Below are positions 10,301 to 18,216 of a stretch of DNA of 64,000 nt, in pieces (positions within the stretch are counted from its first letter, which is position 1; the number at the start of each line of letters is the position of its first letter). Source of the stretch: an uncultured Clostridia bacterium (lineage in GTDB: Bacteria; Bacillota; Clostridia; Christensenellales; UBA1242); the NCBI GenBank assembly GCA_930990515.1, contig CAKNPS010000001.1:226661-290660 (forward strand), written 5' to 3'. A program made the translations under genes and the position numbers. The notes below the pieces were generated by a model. The model made no database searches. It saw nothing but the letters and a program-made list of their open reading frames with translations, and was not told the DNA's origin.

Positions 10301-11482
10301 TTAAATAATTTCAATGATTTTCAAAACTTCCACAATTTTTTCAACTGCTTCATCAATTAAATCTTCAGTGTGGTTTGCCGTATAACTTGTTCTTAACAAA
10401 CTTTTCCCAACCGGAGTTGCTGGCGAAACAACAGGATTTACATAAACTCCGCGCTCCAGTAAGAGTTTACAAGCAAGAAATGTTTTTTCATCATCGTAAG
10501 TATAAATTGGAATGATTGGAGTGTTGCTTTCAATAATAGGAACACCATTTTCTTTCAATCTTTTTCGCATATAAGCACTTATGTCATTGAGTCTTTTAAC
10601 TCTTTCTGGTTCTGATTTCAAAATGTCAAGAGCAGCATGTGCACAAGCAACAGATGCTGGTGTCATACTGGCACTAAATATATATGGACGGGAAGAGTGT
10701 TTGACATATTCAACAACTTCCTTCTTTGCTGCCATATAACCGCCTAGACTTGCAAGTGATTTTGAAAAAGTCCCCATAATAATATCAACTTTATCTTCAA
10801 GGCCGAAATATTCACCTGTTCCGCGACCGCATTTTCCAATAACCCCAAGTCCGTGTGCATCGTCAACCATAACTCTAGCATTATATTTTTCAGCGATTTC
10901 CACAATTTCAGGAAGTTTGCAAATGTCACCGCCCATACTGAAAACGCCATCTGTAACAATTAAAATTCCTGCTTCTTTTGGAACAGTTTTAATCTTATTT
11001 TCCAAATCTTGCATATCACTATGATTATAGCGAAGAAGTTTCCCATAACTTAATCTGCAAGCATCATATATGCTTGCGTGGTTTTCTTTATCACACAAAA
11101 TATAATCATTTCTTCCAACAATAGCACTAATAATTCCTAAGTTGCTTTGAAAACCTGTCGAAAAAGTCATACAAGCTTCTTTATGCAAAAAATCAGCCAA
11201 ATCTTTTTCAAGTGCAATGTGTTTGTCCAGTGTTCCATTTAAGAAACGAGAACCAGAACATCCACTTCCATATTCTTTAATTGCCTTAATTCCTGCTTCT
11301 TTAACTTTTGGGTGGTTTGTAAGAGCAAGATAATTGTTTGAACCGAGCATAATTGTGCGTCTGCCTTCCATATTAACCACAACATCTTGTCCAGAATATA
11401 ACTTATGAAAATAAGGATAAATACCCTTTTCCTTAACAACATCATAAATTTGTTTTTTATAAACCTTTTCAAAAATATCCAT
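10301..11482 (-). CDS. PLP-dependent alpha-oxoamine synthase, serine-palmitoyltransferase-like
   Basis: GIYPYF, GSNNYL, GSRFLNGT, NHASI, DGVFSM, DDAHG and GTFSKSLAS (PLP lysine). Confidence 0.85.
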   Translation of the reverse strand: MDIFEKVYKKQIYDVVKEKGIYPYFHKLYSGQDVVVNMEGRRTIMLGSNNYLALTNHPKVKEAGIKAIKEYGSGCSGSRFLNGTLDKHIALEKDLADFLHKEACMTFSTGFQSNLGIISAIVGRNDYILCDKENHASIYDACRLSYGKLLRYNHSDMQDLENKIKTVPKEAGILIVTDGVFSMGGDICKLPEIVEIAEKYNARVMVDDAHGLGVIGKCGRGTGEYFGLEDKVDIIMGTFSKSLASLGGYMAAKKEVVEYVKHSSRPYIFSASMTPASVACAHAALDILKSEPERVKRLNDISAYMRKRLKENGVPIIESNTPIIPIYTYDDEKTFLACKLLLERGVYVNPVVSPATPVGKSLLRTSYTANHTEDLIDEAVEKIVEVLKIIEII

Positions 11483-11601
11483 AACCTTTTCTTTCCTTTT
11501 AACCACAAGATAAAAAAATATTATCATAATCTAAAAGAAAAAATCAAACAAATACCAAAAATTGTTTAAAAAGTTTGAACCATTTTACTCATTACTTGCA
11601 C

Positions 11602-11630
11602 TTGAATTTCTCTCAATTTTATGGTATAAT
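11602..11630 (+). promoter_or_regulatory. sigmaA-type promoter with extended -10
   Basis: TTGAAT-17 bp-TATAAT with TG; GGAG RBS at 11641 and ATG at 11650. Confidence 0.7.
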
Positions 11631-11649
11631 AAATTTATATGGAGAAATT

Positions 11650-13160
11650 ATGAATAATAATATAAATAATGAAGTTAAATTTTTTAATTATCTTGATGCT
11701 GGTGTTTATGCTTTCAAAAGAAAATAAACCAGGAAGGCAACATTTCTTTTAATAATGCCGTGAAAAATAATCAAAGAGCCCCTAAAATTAAAGATATAAA
11801 CTATAGTAATGCAATAATAGCACGAGCAGTTTTAAGTTTTTGTTGTATGCAAAGATTAATGACTTTCTCTATAAAAGAACAAAATGACTTGATTTCTTTT
11901 GATGAAATAGAAAAAACAAAAGAATTTGAAAATTTTAAAAATAAACTTTTTAAATCGGACCCAGCATTAACAGGTGCAGCATGTAAAAACATTTTTAAAC
12001 AAATTCGAAACACTATCGCACATGGAAATATTAGTTCAATGTTTAATTTTCAAACGTTTGAAAAAAATTTATATGAAATTTATTCCATTTGTGGTTCATT
12101 ATCCCCTAAAGACAAATTATTGCGACAAAAATTATCTGATGCGATTTATGATAGTCAAACCATGAAAGTAGAATATGAAAGTAATTATGAAATTGCAGAA
12201 GATGGAACAAGAATAAAAAGACCATCTCCTATTAAAAAAGAGATTGAAATAAATATATATGATATCTTTAATGTTATGTATAACTTTTTAAATAGTCAAT
12301 ATGTTGAAACAAAGCCATATATTTATCAAATTTTTGAAAATTCGGTTGAAATAGAAAACGAAAACGGCAAAAGCGTCTATAATTTTGATGAAATCCAACA
12401 AGAAAATTTTGAAGAAATTAAAAATGATTTTATTGAATTTTATAAAAATTTAAAGAAAAAAGGAATTGATATTTTAGAAACTGCTTTAAAAAAACAAAGT
12501 AATATGTTTGCAATAAACGGAGATTCTCTTAGTTTGCCTAGAATTGAGAATTTCGCAGACTTTGTTGCTTTTGATAAAATTTTACAAAGTAAGGATTTTG
12601 TTCGAATTAAAGCAATTAAATACATTAATACATATTTAACAGTTTTATACCCAAATTGCGATAAAGATAGTTTAATCAAGACGAATTTTAAGAATAATGC
12701 CATAATACATCGTTTTTCAAGTAACTCTCCTAGTGAACTTTTCCTTGGCATTTGTTATGCAAACATGGACTTAAATAATGTTTATAAGGAATTATTAATC
12801 ACTGAAACAATAACTCTCCTTCAGCAAATTGAAAGCAACAATCTTAAAAGTTACATAGTTGACTCAGATATATTCAAAAAATTATTAGTTGAAATCTATG
12901 AAAAGGACATTGAGGATATTACCTTTAAAGAAAAAATTAAGATTATAGACAATATAAGAAATTCTTTCACACATGGAAACTATATTAACGGAGTAGAAGA
13001 CAAAATTGAAATATATGACCAAATAAGTAATTCAAATAAAACCTTAGAACATAAGTTCTCAATTTATACTGATGAACTTGAAGTAATTAATGAAGTTTGC
13101 ATTAATACTCTTACAAATCACTATAATCAAAAAAACAAACAAAATGATAAACAAAAATAA
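11650..13160 (+). pseudogene. Two-HEPN-motif hypothetical protein, apparently frameshifted near codon 25 (intact downstream ORF 11760-13160)
   Basis: The ATG at 11650 has a promoter and RBS but stops at TAA 11725-11727. The long frame is open from 11697. RNTIAH at 12006-12023 and RNSFTH at 12957-12974. Confidence 0.55.
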
Positions 13161-13244
13161 ATCTTTATATTTGCTAAATTCATTGCCTTGCTTTAGTTTA
13201 TTTTGTTAAATTAAAAAATATTTTAAAATATTTTTGATTTTTTC

Positions 13245-13273
13245 TTGACATTTTTCTCATTTTATCATAAAAT
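13245..13273 (+). promoter_or_regulatory. sigmaA promoter for tRNA-Pro/Ile
   Basis: TTGACA-17 bp-TAAAAT. Confidence 0.75.
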
Positions 13274-13294
13274 AACAAAGCAAGTGTATTTTTC

Positions 13295-13370
13295 CGGGGT
13301 GTGGCTCAGTTGGTAGAGCGCGCGGTTTGGGACCGTGAGGTCGGGGGTTCGAGACCCTCCACCCCGACCA
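13295..13370 (+). tRNA. tRNA-Pro(TGG)
   Basis: Cloverleaf CGGGGTG...CACCCCG-ACCA; anticodon loop TTTGGGA; GGTTCGA T-loop. Confidence 0.95.
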
Positions 13371-13401
13371 ACACTTGCTTACGCTATGGCAAGTTGCCTT
13401 A

Positions 13402-13478
13402 GGGCCTTTAGCTCAGTTGGTTAGAGCGACCGGCTCATAACCGGTTGGTCCGCGGTTCGAGTCCGTGAAGGCCCACCA
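13402..13478 (+). tRNA. tRNA with CAT anticodon, most likely tRNA-Ile2 (lysidine)
   Basis: GGGCCTTTAGCTCAG...CTCATAA...GGCCCACCA; resembles Firmicute Ile2 and lacks the initiator C1-A72 mismatch. Confidence 0.85.
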
Positions 13479-13505
13479 ATATTTTTAAAAATTTGACAAA
13501 TTTAA

Positions 13506-13534
13506 TTGCAATATTTTTAAAAGTATGATAAAAT
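13506..13534 (+). promoter_or_regulatory. sigmaA promoter for tRNA-Asp/Phe
   Basis: TTGCAA-17 bp-TAAAAT with TG extended -10. Confidence 0.6.
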
Positions 13535-13552
13535 ATCAAAAGTTTCAGTTTT

Positions 13553-13629
13553 GGCTCGGTAGTTCAGCTGGTTAGAACGCTAGCCTGTCACGCTAGAGGT
13601 CGTGGGTTCGAACCCCATCCGAGTCGCCA
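13553..13629 (+). tRNA. tRNA-Asp(GTC)
   Basis: Cloverleaf; anticodon loop CTGTCAC; ends GCCA. Confidence 0.95.
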
Positions 13630-13636
13630 TAATCTT

Positions 13637-13712
13637 GCCCTGATAGCTCAGTCGGTAGAGCAAAGGACTGAAAATCCTTGTGTCGGTGGTTCGATTCCAC
13701 CTTAGGGCACCA
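13637..13712 (+). tRNA. tRNA-Phe(GAA)
   Basis: Cloverleaf; anticodon loop CTGAAAA; ends ACCA. Confidence 0.95.
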
Positions 13713-14120
13713 GCATACATTGTATGCAAAAAGAAAACCTACCACCTTAACAAAGTTAAGACACAAGGATTTTCATAAACATAACTTTTAAAATTGCTTG
13801 CCAATTTTAAAAAGCGAAGCAAAACAATGAAATAGCAGAAAATTCCAAAAGAATTGCGAGCGGTTGAATTGATTTTGCGAAGCAGTGTCGGTGGTTCGAT
13901 TCCACCTTAGGGCACCAGCATACCTTGTATGCAGAAAGAAAACCTTATCCCCTTAACATAGCTAAGGAAGAAAGATTTTCTCAACAAAACTTTTAAAATT
14001 GCTTGTCAATTTAAACTCACAAAAATGTTTACCTTTTTTGTGAAAAAGCGAAAAACAAAACGATTAGCGTAAGTAGTTTTTCAAAAAAACACGGAGCGAT
14101 GAGTTTTAGTTTTGAGCGTG
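13680..14120 (+). repeat. Tandem duplication of the tRNA-Phe 3' 33 nt plus trailer (205-bp offset)
   Basis: GTGTCGGTGGTTCGATTCCACCTTAGGGCACCAGCATAC occurs at 13680 and 13885; the downstream trailers are diverged homologues. Confidence 0.9.
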
Positions 14121-14121
14121 T

Positions 14122-14196
14122 GCTGGCGTGGCTCAATGGTAGAGCAGCTGACTTGTAATCAGCAGGTTGAAGGTTCGATTCCTTTCGCCAGCTCCA
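14122..14196 (+). tRNA. tRNA-Thr(TGT)
   Basis: Cloverleaf; anticodon loop CTTGTAA; ends TCCA. Confidence 0.95.
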
Positions 14197-14200
14197 TTTT

Positions 14201-14285
14201 GGGAAGGTTGCAGAGCGGCCAAATGCAACGGACTGTAAATCCGTCGACTATGTCTTCGATGGTTCGAATCCATCCCTTCCCACCA
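14201..14285 (+). tRNA. tRNA-Tyr(GTA)
   Basis: Long variable arm; anticodon loop CTGTAAA; ends ACCA. Confidence 0.95.
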
Positions 14286-14354
14286 AAACTTAGTTCTCCC
14301 TAAATTATGTAACTAAGTTTTTTTTATTTTATAAAACATAAAGAGAGAAAAGAT

Positions 14355-14843
14355 ATGTTTAAATCTATTAAAAAAATGGTTGAAAAAAATAAAAATAAAG
14401 AATTAAAAAAATATATCAAAGATAATTATATTAAGCCAACAACAAGCAAGGTAAATCACCGCGGAAAAATTATGCTCCCAGAAAATATGGAGCTAAAAGT
14501 TGAAAATAGTTTTTCAAATAAATTATTAAGTTTAATAGATGAAAAGAAAATAACAGATGTAGAATGCTACAAAAGAGCAAACATAGATAGAAAATTGTTT
14601 TCAAAAATTAGAAGTAACAATGATTATAGACCAAGTAAAAACACAGCACTTTCGTTTGCAATAGCATTAAATCTTTCAATTAAAGAAACAAACGAATTGC
14701 TAAAAACTGCAGGTTTTATACTTTCAAATAGTATATTGTCTGATGTTATAGTGGCTTATTTTATTGAAAATAAAAATTACAACATTAATGAAATAAATAT
14801 CGCTTTATATAACTATAATCAAAAATTATTAGGAGTTAATTAA
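14355..14843 (+). CDS. XRE-like HTH DNA-binding protein
   Basis: [16 protein letters not shown]...[16 protein letters not shown]...LLKTAGF pattern. Confidence 0.75.
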   Translation: MFKSIKKMVEKNKNKELKKYIKDNYIKPTTSKVNHRGKIMLPENMELKVENSFSNKLLSLIDEKKITDVECYKRANIDRKLFSKIRSNNDYRPSKNTALSFAIALNLSIKETNELLKTAGFILSNSILSDVIVAYFIENKNYNINEINIALYNYNQKLLGVN

Positions 14844-14847
14844 AAAT

Positions 14848-14864
14848 GTCGTTTATAAAGCGAC
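14848..14864. promoter_or_regulatory. Palindrome: candidate operator or terminator
   Basis: GTCGTTTATAAAGCGAC directly after the HTH gene and upstream of TATAAT (14885-14890) of the next gene. Confidence 0.4.
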
Positions 14865-14914
14865 CTTTTTTAATTTTATTATATTATAATATTGCCATAA
14901 AAGGAGAAAAAATT

Positions 14915-15295
14915 ATGAAAATTTATCAAACAAATGAATCAAAAAAAATTTTATTAGAGTTAGCAATTAAAAAAACAAAAAACTGGCTTGGCAAAAACTG
15001 CAAATATAGTATTGATGATTTAGAAAAAATAAGAGAGTCTTTGAAAGATACTTTAACAAAACTAGATAATGATAAAGTACAAATTGACATCATAGCAACA
15101 AGTTGTGGAGGTTCAAAAAATAAAGTAAAAGTTAACGCAACTTCAGAAACAGTATTATATCATCAATTAATGAGTATATATTGGGATTTAAAACCTATTG
15201 TTGATGCTGCAAAAATAAATAACCTTACTGAAATTACTGGCTTTGACTTTACTAAAAAACAAATAGAAAAGTATGCAGATTCAGACATTGATTAA
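14915..15295 (+). CDS. Hypothetical protein
   Basis: AAGGAG RBS before MKIYQT at 14915. Confidence 0.65.
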   Translation: MKIYQTNESKKILLELAIKKTKNWLGKNCKYSIDDLEKIRESLKDTLTKLDNDKVQIDIIATSCGGSKNKVKVNATSETVLYHQLMSIYWDLKPIVDAAKINNLTEITGFDFTKKQIEKYADSDID

Positions 15296-15329
15296 TTCTA
15301 AAAAATTTGTTAAAAGAAGTTAATAACCT

Positions 15330-16055
15330 TTATGTTGTTAACTTCTTTTTTAAAGTTTCTAAGATTTTATTTTCAAGTCGAGAAACTTGCACCTGCGAAA
15401 CTCCCAGCATTTGAGCAATTTCGCTTTGTGTTTTGTCTTGAAAATATCGAAGCAAAATAATCTTTTTATCACGACTGTCAAGTTTTTCTATAACTTCTTT
15501 TAGTGCTAAATTGTCAATAAAGTCACTGCCACCATTTTCACTATCAAAGCGGTCAATCACTGTAAGCCCCTCTTCTTCCCCATCATCAAATGGCGTATAA
15601 AGAGAAATTGGCATTTTGGCGGAATCCATTGCCATAACAACTTCTTGTTCTTCAATTTGAAATGCTTTAGCAATTTCCGCAATTGTTGGTCGAACATTAT
15701 TTAATTTAAAATAGTCGTCAATAAATTTATTTATCTTTAAATTAAGCGATTTGATTGCCCTAGACACTTTAACCGCCCCATCATCACGCATAAATCTTTT
15801 AATCTCACCCACCACCATAGGCACAACATAGGTGGAGAATTTGACATTAAAAGAGCAATCAAAATTGTTTATTGCTTTCAAAAAGCCCAAAGAACCCAAC
15901 TGAAACAAATCTTCATTTTCAATTCCTTTATTTCTAAACCACCCCACCACACTTTTTATTAGTGGAGAATTTTCTTTAACAAGAATTTCTTTTGCTTCTA
16001 AATCTCCTTTTTGAGCCTTCTTTATTAAAGCAATAGTTTCTTCTTGACTAAGCAC
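15330..16055 (-). CDS. sigF: Forespore sigma factor SigF
   Basis: EDLFQLGSLG, KFSTYVVPMVVGEIKRFMRDDGAVKVSR, TQSEIA..LGVSQVQVSRLE; third gene of spoIIA; probable GTG start overlapping the spoIIAB stop. Confidence 0.9.
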   Translation of the reverse strand: MLSQEETIALIKKAQKGDLEAKEILVKENSPLIKSVVGWFRNKGIENEDLFQLGSLGFLKAINNFDCSFNVKFSTYVVPMVVGEIKRFMRDDGAVKVSRAIKSLNLKINKFIDDYFKLNNVRPTIAEIAKAFQIEEQEVVMAMDSAKMPISLYTPFDDGEEEGLTVIDRFDSENGGSDFIDNLALKEVIEKLDSRDKKIILLRYFQDKTQSEIAQMLGVSQVQVSRLENKILETLKKKLTT

Positions 16056-16501
16056 TAGCCAACCACTTCGCAAGGGCAACTTGCGATTTTCTTTGTCATT
16101 TTAACTGTTGTGCCAAAAGAGTTGCTGGAAACTTCCACACTGTCCATAAAACTTTCCATAACCGTAAATCCCATGCCTGAGCGTTCTTCTGAAGGTTTGG
16201 AAGTATAAAAAGGTTCTCTCGCCTTTTCAATATCTTTAATACCAACCCCTTTATCTTCAACAGTAATTGTGATTTGGTCACCTTCAAGTTCACAACGAAG
16301 TTTTACATCTCCCTTAGTGGCACTTGGATAAGCGTGAACAACGCAGTTTGTTACAGCCTCACTAACAGCAGTTTTAATGTCCGTGATTTCATCAACAGAA
16401 GGATTGAGTTGAACACAGAAAGAAGCAACACAAACTCTTGCAAACCCTTCATTAACTGATAAAGCCTTAAATGTGACTTCCATAAAATTTGAATATTTCA
16501 T
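16055..16501 (-). CDS. spoIIAB: Anti-sigma F factor SpoIIAB
   Basis: NEGFAR, IKTAVSEAVTNCVVHAY, ERSGMGFTVMESFMD. Confidence 0.95.
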   Translation of the reverse strand: MKYSNFMEVTFKALSVNEGFARVCVASFCVQLNPSVDEITDIKTAVSEAVTNCVVHAYPSATKGDVKLRCELEGDQITITVEDKGVGIKDIEKAREPFYTSKPSEERSGMGFTVMESFMDSVEVSSNSFGTTVKMTKKIASCPCEVVG

Positions 16502-16511
16502 AAATCTCTCC

Positions 16512-16820
16512 TTAAACAATTTTAGGCATAATTTCATATAGCCCAGTCATCTTAAAAATTTTCTCAGCGTGTGGCGATGGATTGCAAATATAAATTGGAA
16601 TATGTCTTTCTTTCATTTTTTTATATCTGCCAATCATAACTCCAATTCCTGTTGAGTCCATAAAATCAAGTTCTGACAAATCAATCACAATCTTTTGAAA
16701 ATTTGGCTTAATGAAAAGTTCATCAAGAGTCATCTTAGTGTAAGGTGCTGTATGTTCATCAAGTTCTCCGCAAAGAAGAACATATAGCGTTTTATCATGT
16801 ACACGACTTTTAATTTGCAT
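16512..16820 (-). CDS. spoIIAA: Anti-anti-sigma factor SpoIIAA
   Basis: GELDEH and FMDSTGIGVMIGRYK STAS motifs; AGGAGG RBS. Confidence 0.95.
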   Translation of the reverse strand: MQIKSRVHDKTLYVLLCGELDEHTAPYTKMTLDELFIKPNFQKIVIDLSELDFMDSTGIGVMIGRYKKMKERHIPIYICNPSPHAEKIFKMTGLYEIMPKIV

Positions 16821-17026
16821 AATTTCCTCCTGTCAACGAAAATTTTATCATACGAAATTTAAGGAATTTTTGATAGTTTAGATGAAATTTATCTTATTTT
16901 GGCAAGTGACCATTGTCACATTTTTTATTCTTTTTGAAATTGCATTTTTTTACTTAAAAGATTTCAAAAACTTTAATCTTTAAAATTTTTTTGCATAAAT
17001 AAAATTGTGATAAGAGTTTAATATAA

Positions 17027-17042
17027 ACGCAATATATAGTGT
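17027..17042. promoter_or_regulatory. Candidate NrdR box
   Basis: ACGCAATATATAGTGT matches the acaCwAtATaTwGtgt consensus at 15 of 16 positions; weaker second site near 17072-17087. Confidence 0.45.
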
Positions 17043-17190
17043 AGTATGCAAAAATTAAAACTGCATACCACACAAAATATGTTGTTAAATTTTATTTTAA
17101 TTAATTCCTTTTTCACTTTGTAAAAATTTTAAAATATGATATACTATAATAGTTAAATAGTATTAAATATAAAAATAAAAGGCAAAAACG

Positions 17191-18138
17191 ATGGAAAAAC
17201 AAGATGTGATAATTGTGACAGACCCAGGTGTCGATGATGCAACTGCACTTATGTATGCAATCTACTGCGGACAAATAAACATAAAACTTCTTGCAGTCGC
17301 TGGTGGCAATGGACCAATTTCTAATGCTGTAAATAACGCTCTTTATTTAATGGAACTTTTCAAGCAAGATATTCCTGTTGCGGTTGGTCTTGACCATCCA
17401 CTTAAACGCCCACCTAAATACGCTCTAAATGCACAAGGAAAAGGTGGCCTTGGTGGACTTAAAGTAAACCCTAAAAAACTTACAACAAAACCAATTGAAA
17501 AACCAGCAAAAGATGCTATGTATGAAATCTTAAAAAATTCAAACAAAAAAATGACAATAATTGCCATTGGTCCAATGACAAGTGTCGCTGAGATGCTTTT
17601 GGAATACCCAGATGCTAAAAAATATATCAAAGAAATAAACTTTATGGGCGGAACAAAAGAAAAAATATATGGCAAGCCATATCGCGAATTTAACATAAGT
17701 TTTGACCCAGAATGTGTTGACATTGTCATTAAAAGCGGTATTCCACTTGTGATGATTCCAATGGAACTTGGACACTTTGCTTACTTAGACAAAGACGATA
17801 TTAAAAAATTTAAAAAGACAAACAGAATAGGTAAAATTTTCGCCAAGATGTATAAAAAATATAATGATTTTCATGTCGGTCACCTTGGCGCTGCGGTTCA
17901 CGATGTTTGTTCAGTATACTTTTTGACTAACCCACAATGTTTGAAAATGGAAAAAGGTCATATCGAATTAAAATATTATAAAGACGGTAATGAAGAATAT
18001 GGTTACATTGACACATCTTATGATAAAGAACCAAATGCCTTAATTGCTGTTGATATGGACATCTCTGATTTTAAATACGACCTGTTTGAAGCACTAAAAA
18101 AGGCTGGCGATTTTGTTGATAAAAAAGATAGCGAATAA
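17191..18138 (+). CDS. Inosine/uridine-preferring nucleoside hydrolase family protein
   Basis: TDPGVDD, IGPMTS, EFNISFDPE and VHD motifs. Confidence 0.9.
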   Translation: MEKQDVIIVTDPGVDDATALMYAIYCGQINIKLLAVAGGNGPISNAVNNALYLMELFKQDIPVAVGLDHPLKRPPKYALNAQGKGGLGGLKVNPKKLTTKPIEKPAKDAMYEILKNSNKKMTIIAIGPMTSVAEMLLEYPDAKKYIKEINFMGGTKEKIYGKPYREFNISFDPECVDIVIKSGIPLVMIPMELGHFAYLDKDDIKKFKKTNRIGKIFAKMYKKYNDFHVGHLGAAVHDVCSVYFLTNPQCLKMEKGHIELKYYKDGNEEYGYIDTSYDKEPNALIAVDMDISDFKYDLFEALKKAGDFVDKKDSE

Positions 18139-18164
18139 AAAAGACTGAAAATTCTCAGTCTTTT
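18137..18164. terminator. Bidirectional intrinsic terminator
   Basis: AAAAGACTGA-AAATTC-TCAGTCTTTT between convergent genes. Confidence 0.7.
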
Positions 18165-18216
18165 ATTTTTAACATAAACACAATTTAAAATTTTTCTATT
18201 TTTTAATTATTATCTC

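Noticed and set aside
11760-13160. Calling the two-HEPN protein Cas13
   Set aside because: No CRISPR repeat is nearby and nothing beyond the two short motifs supports it. Kept only as an unclassified HEPN candidate.
13713-13917. Prophage or genomic island bounded by attL/attR at tRNA-Phe
   Set aside because: Only about 170 bp separate the copies, with no integrase or cargo, and that DNA is itself repeated after the second copy.
14112-14303. 63-aa ORF in the track
   Set aside because: It overlaps tRNA-Thr and tRNA-Tyr almost entirely, so it is spurious.
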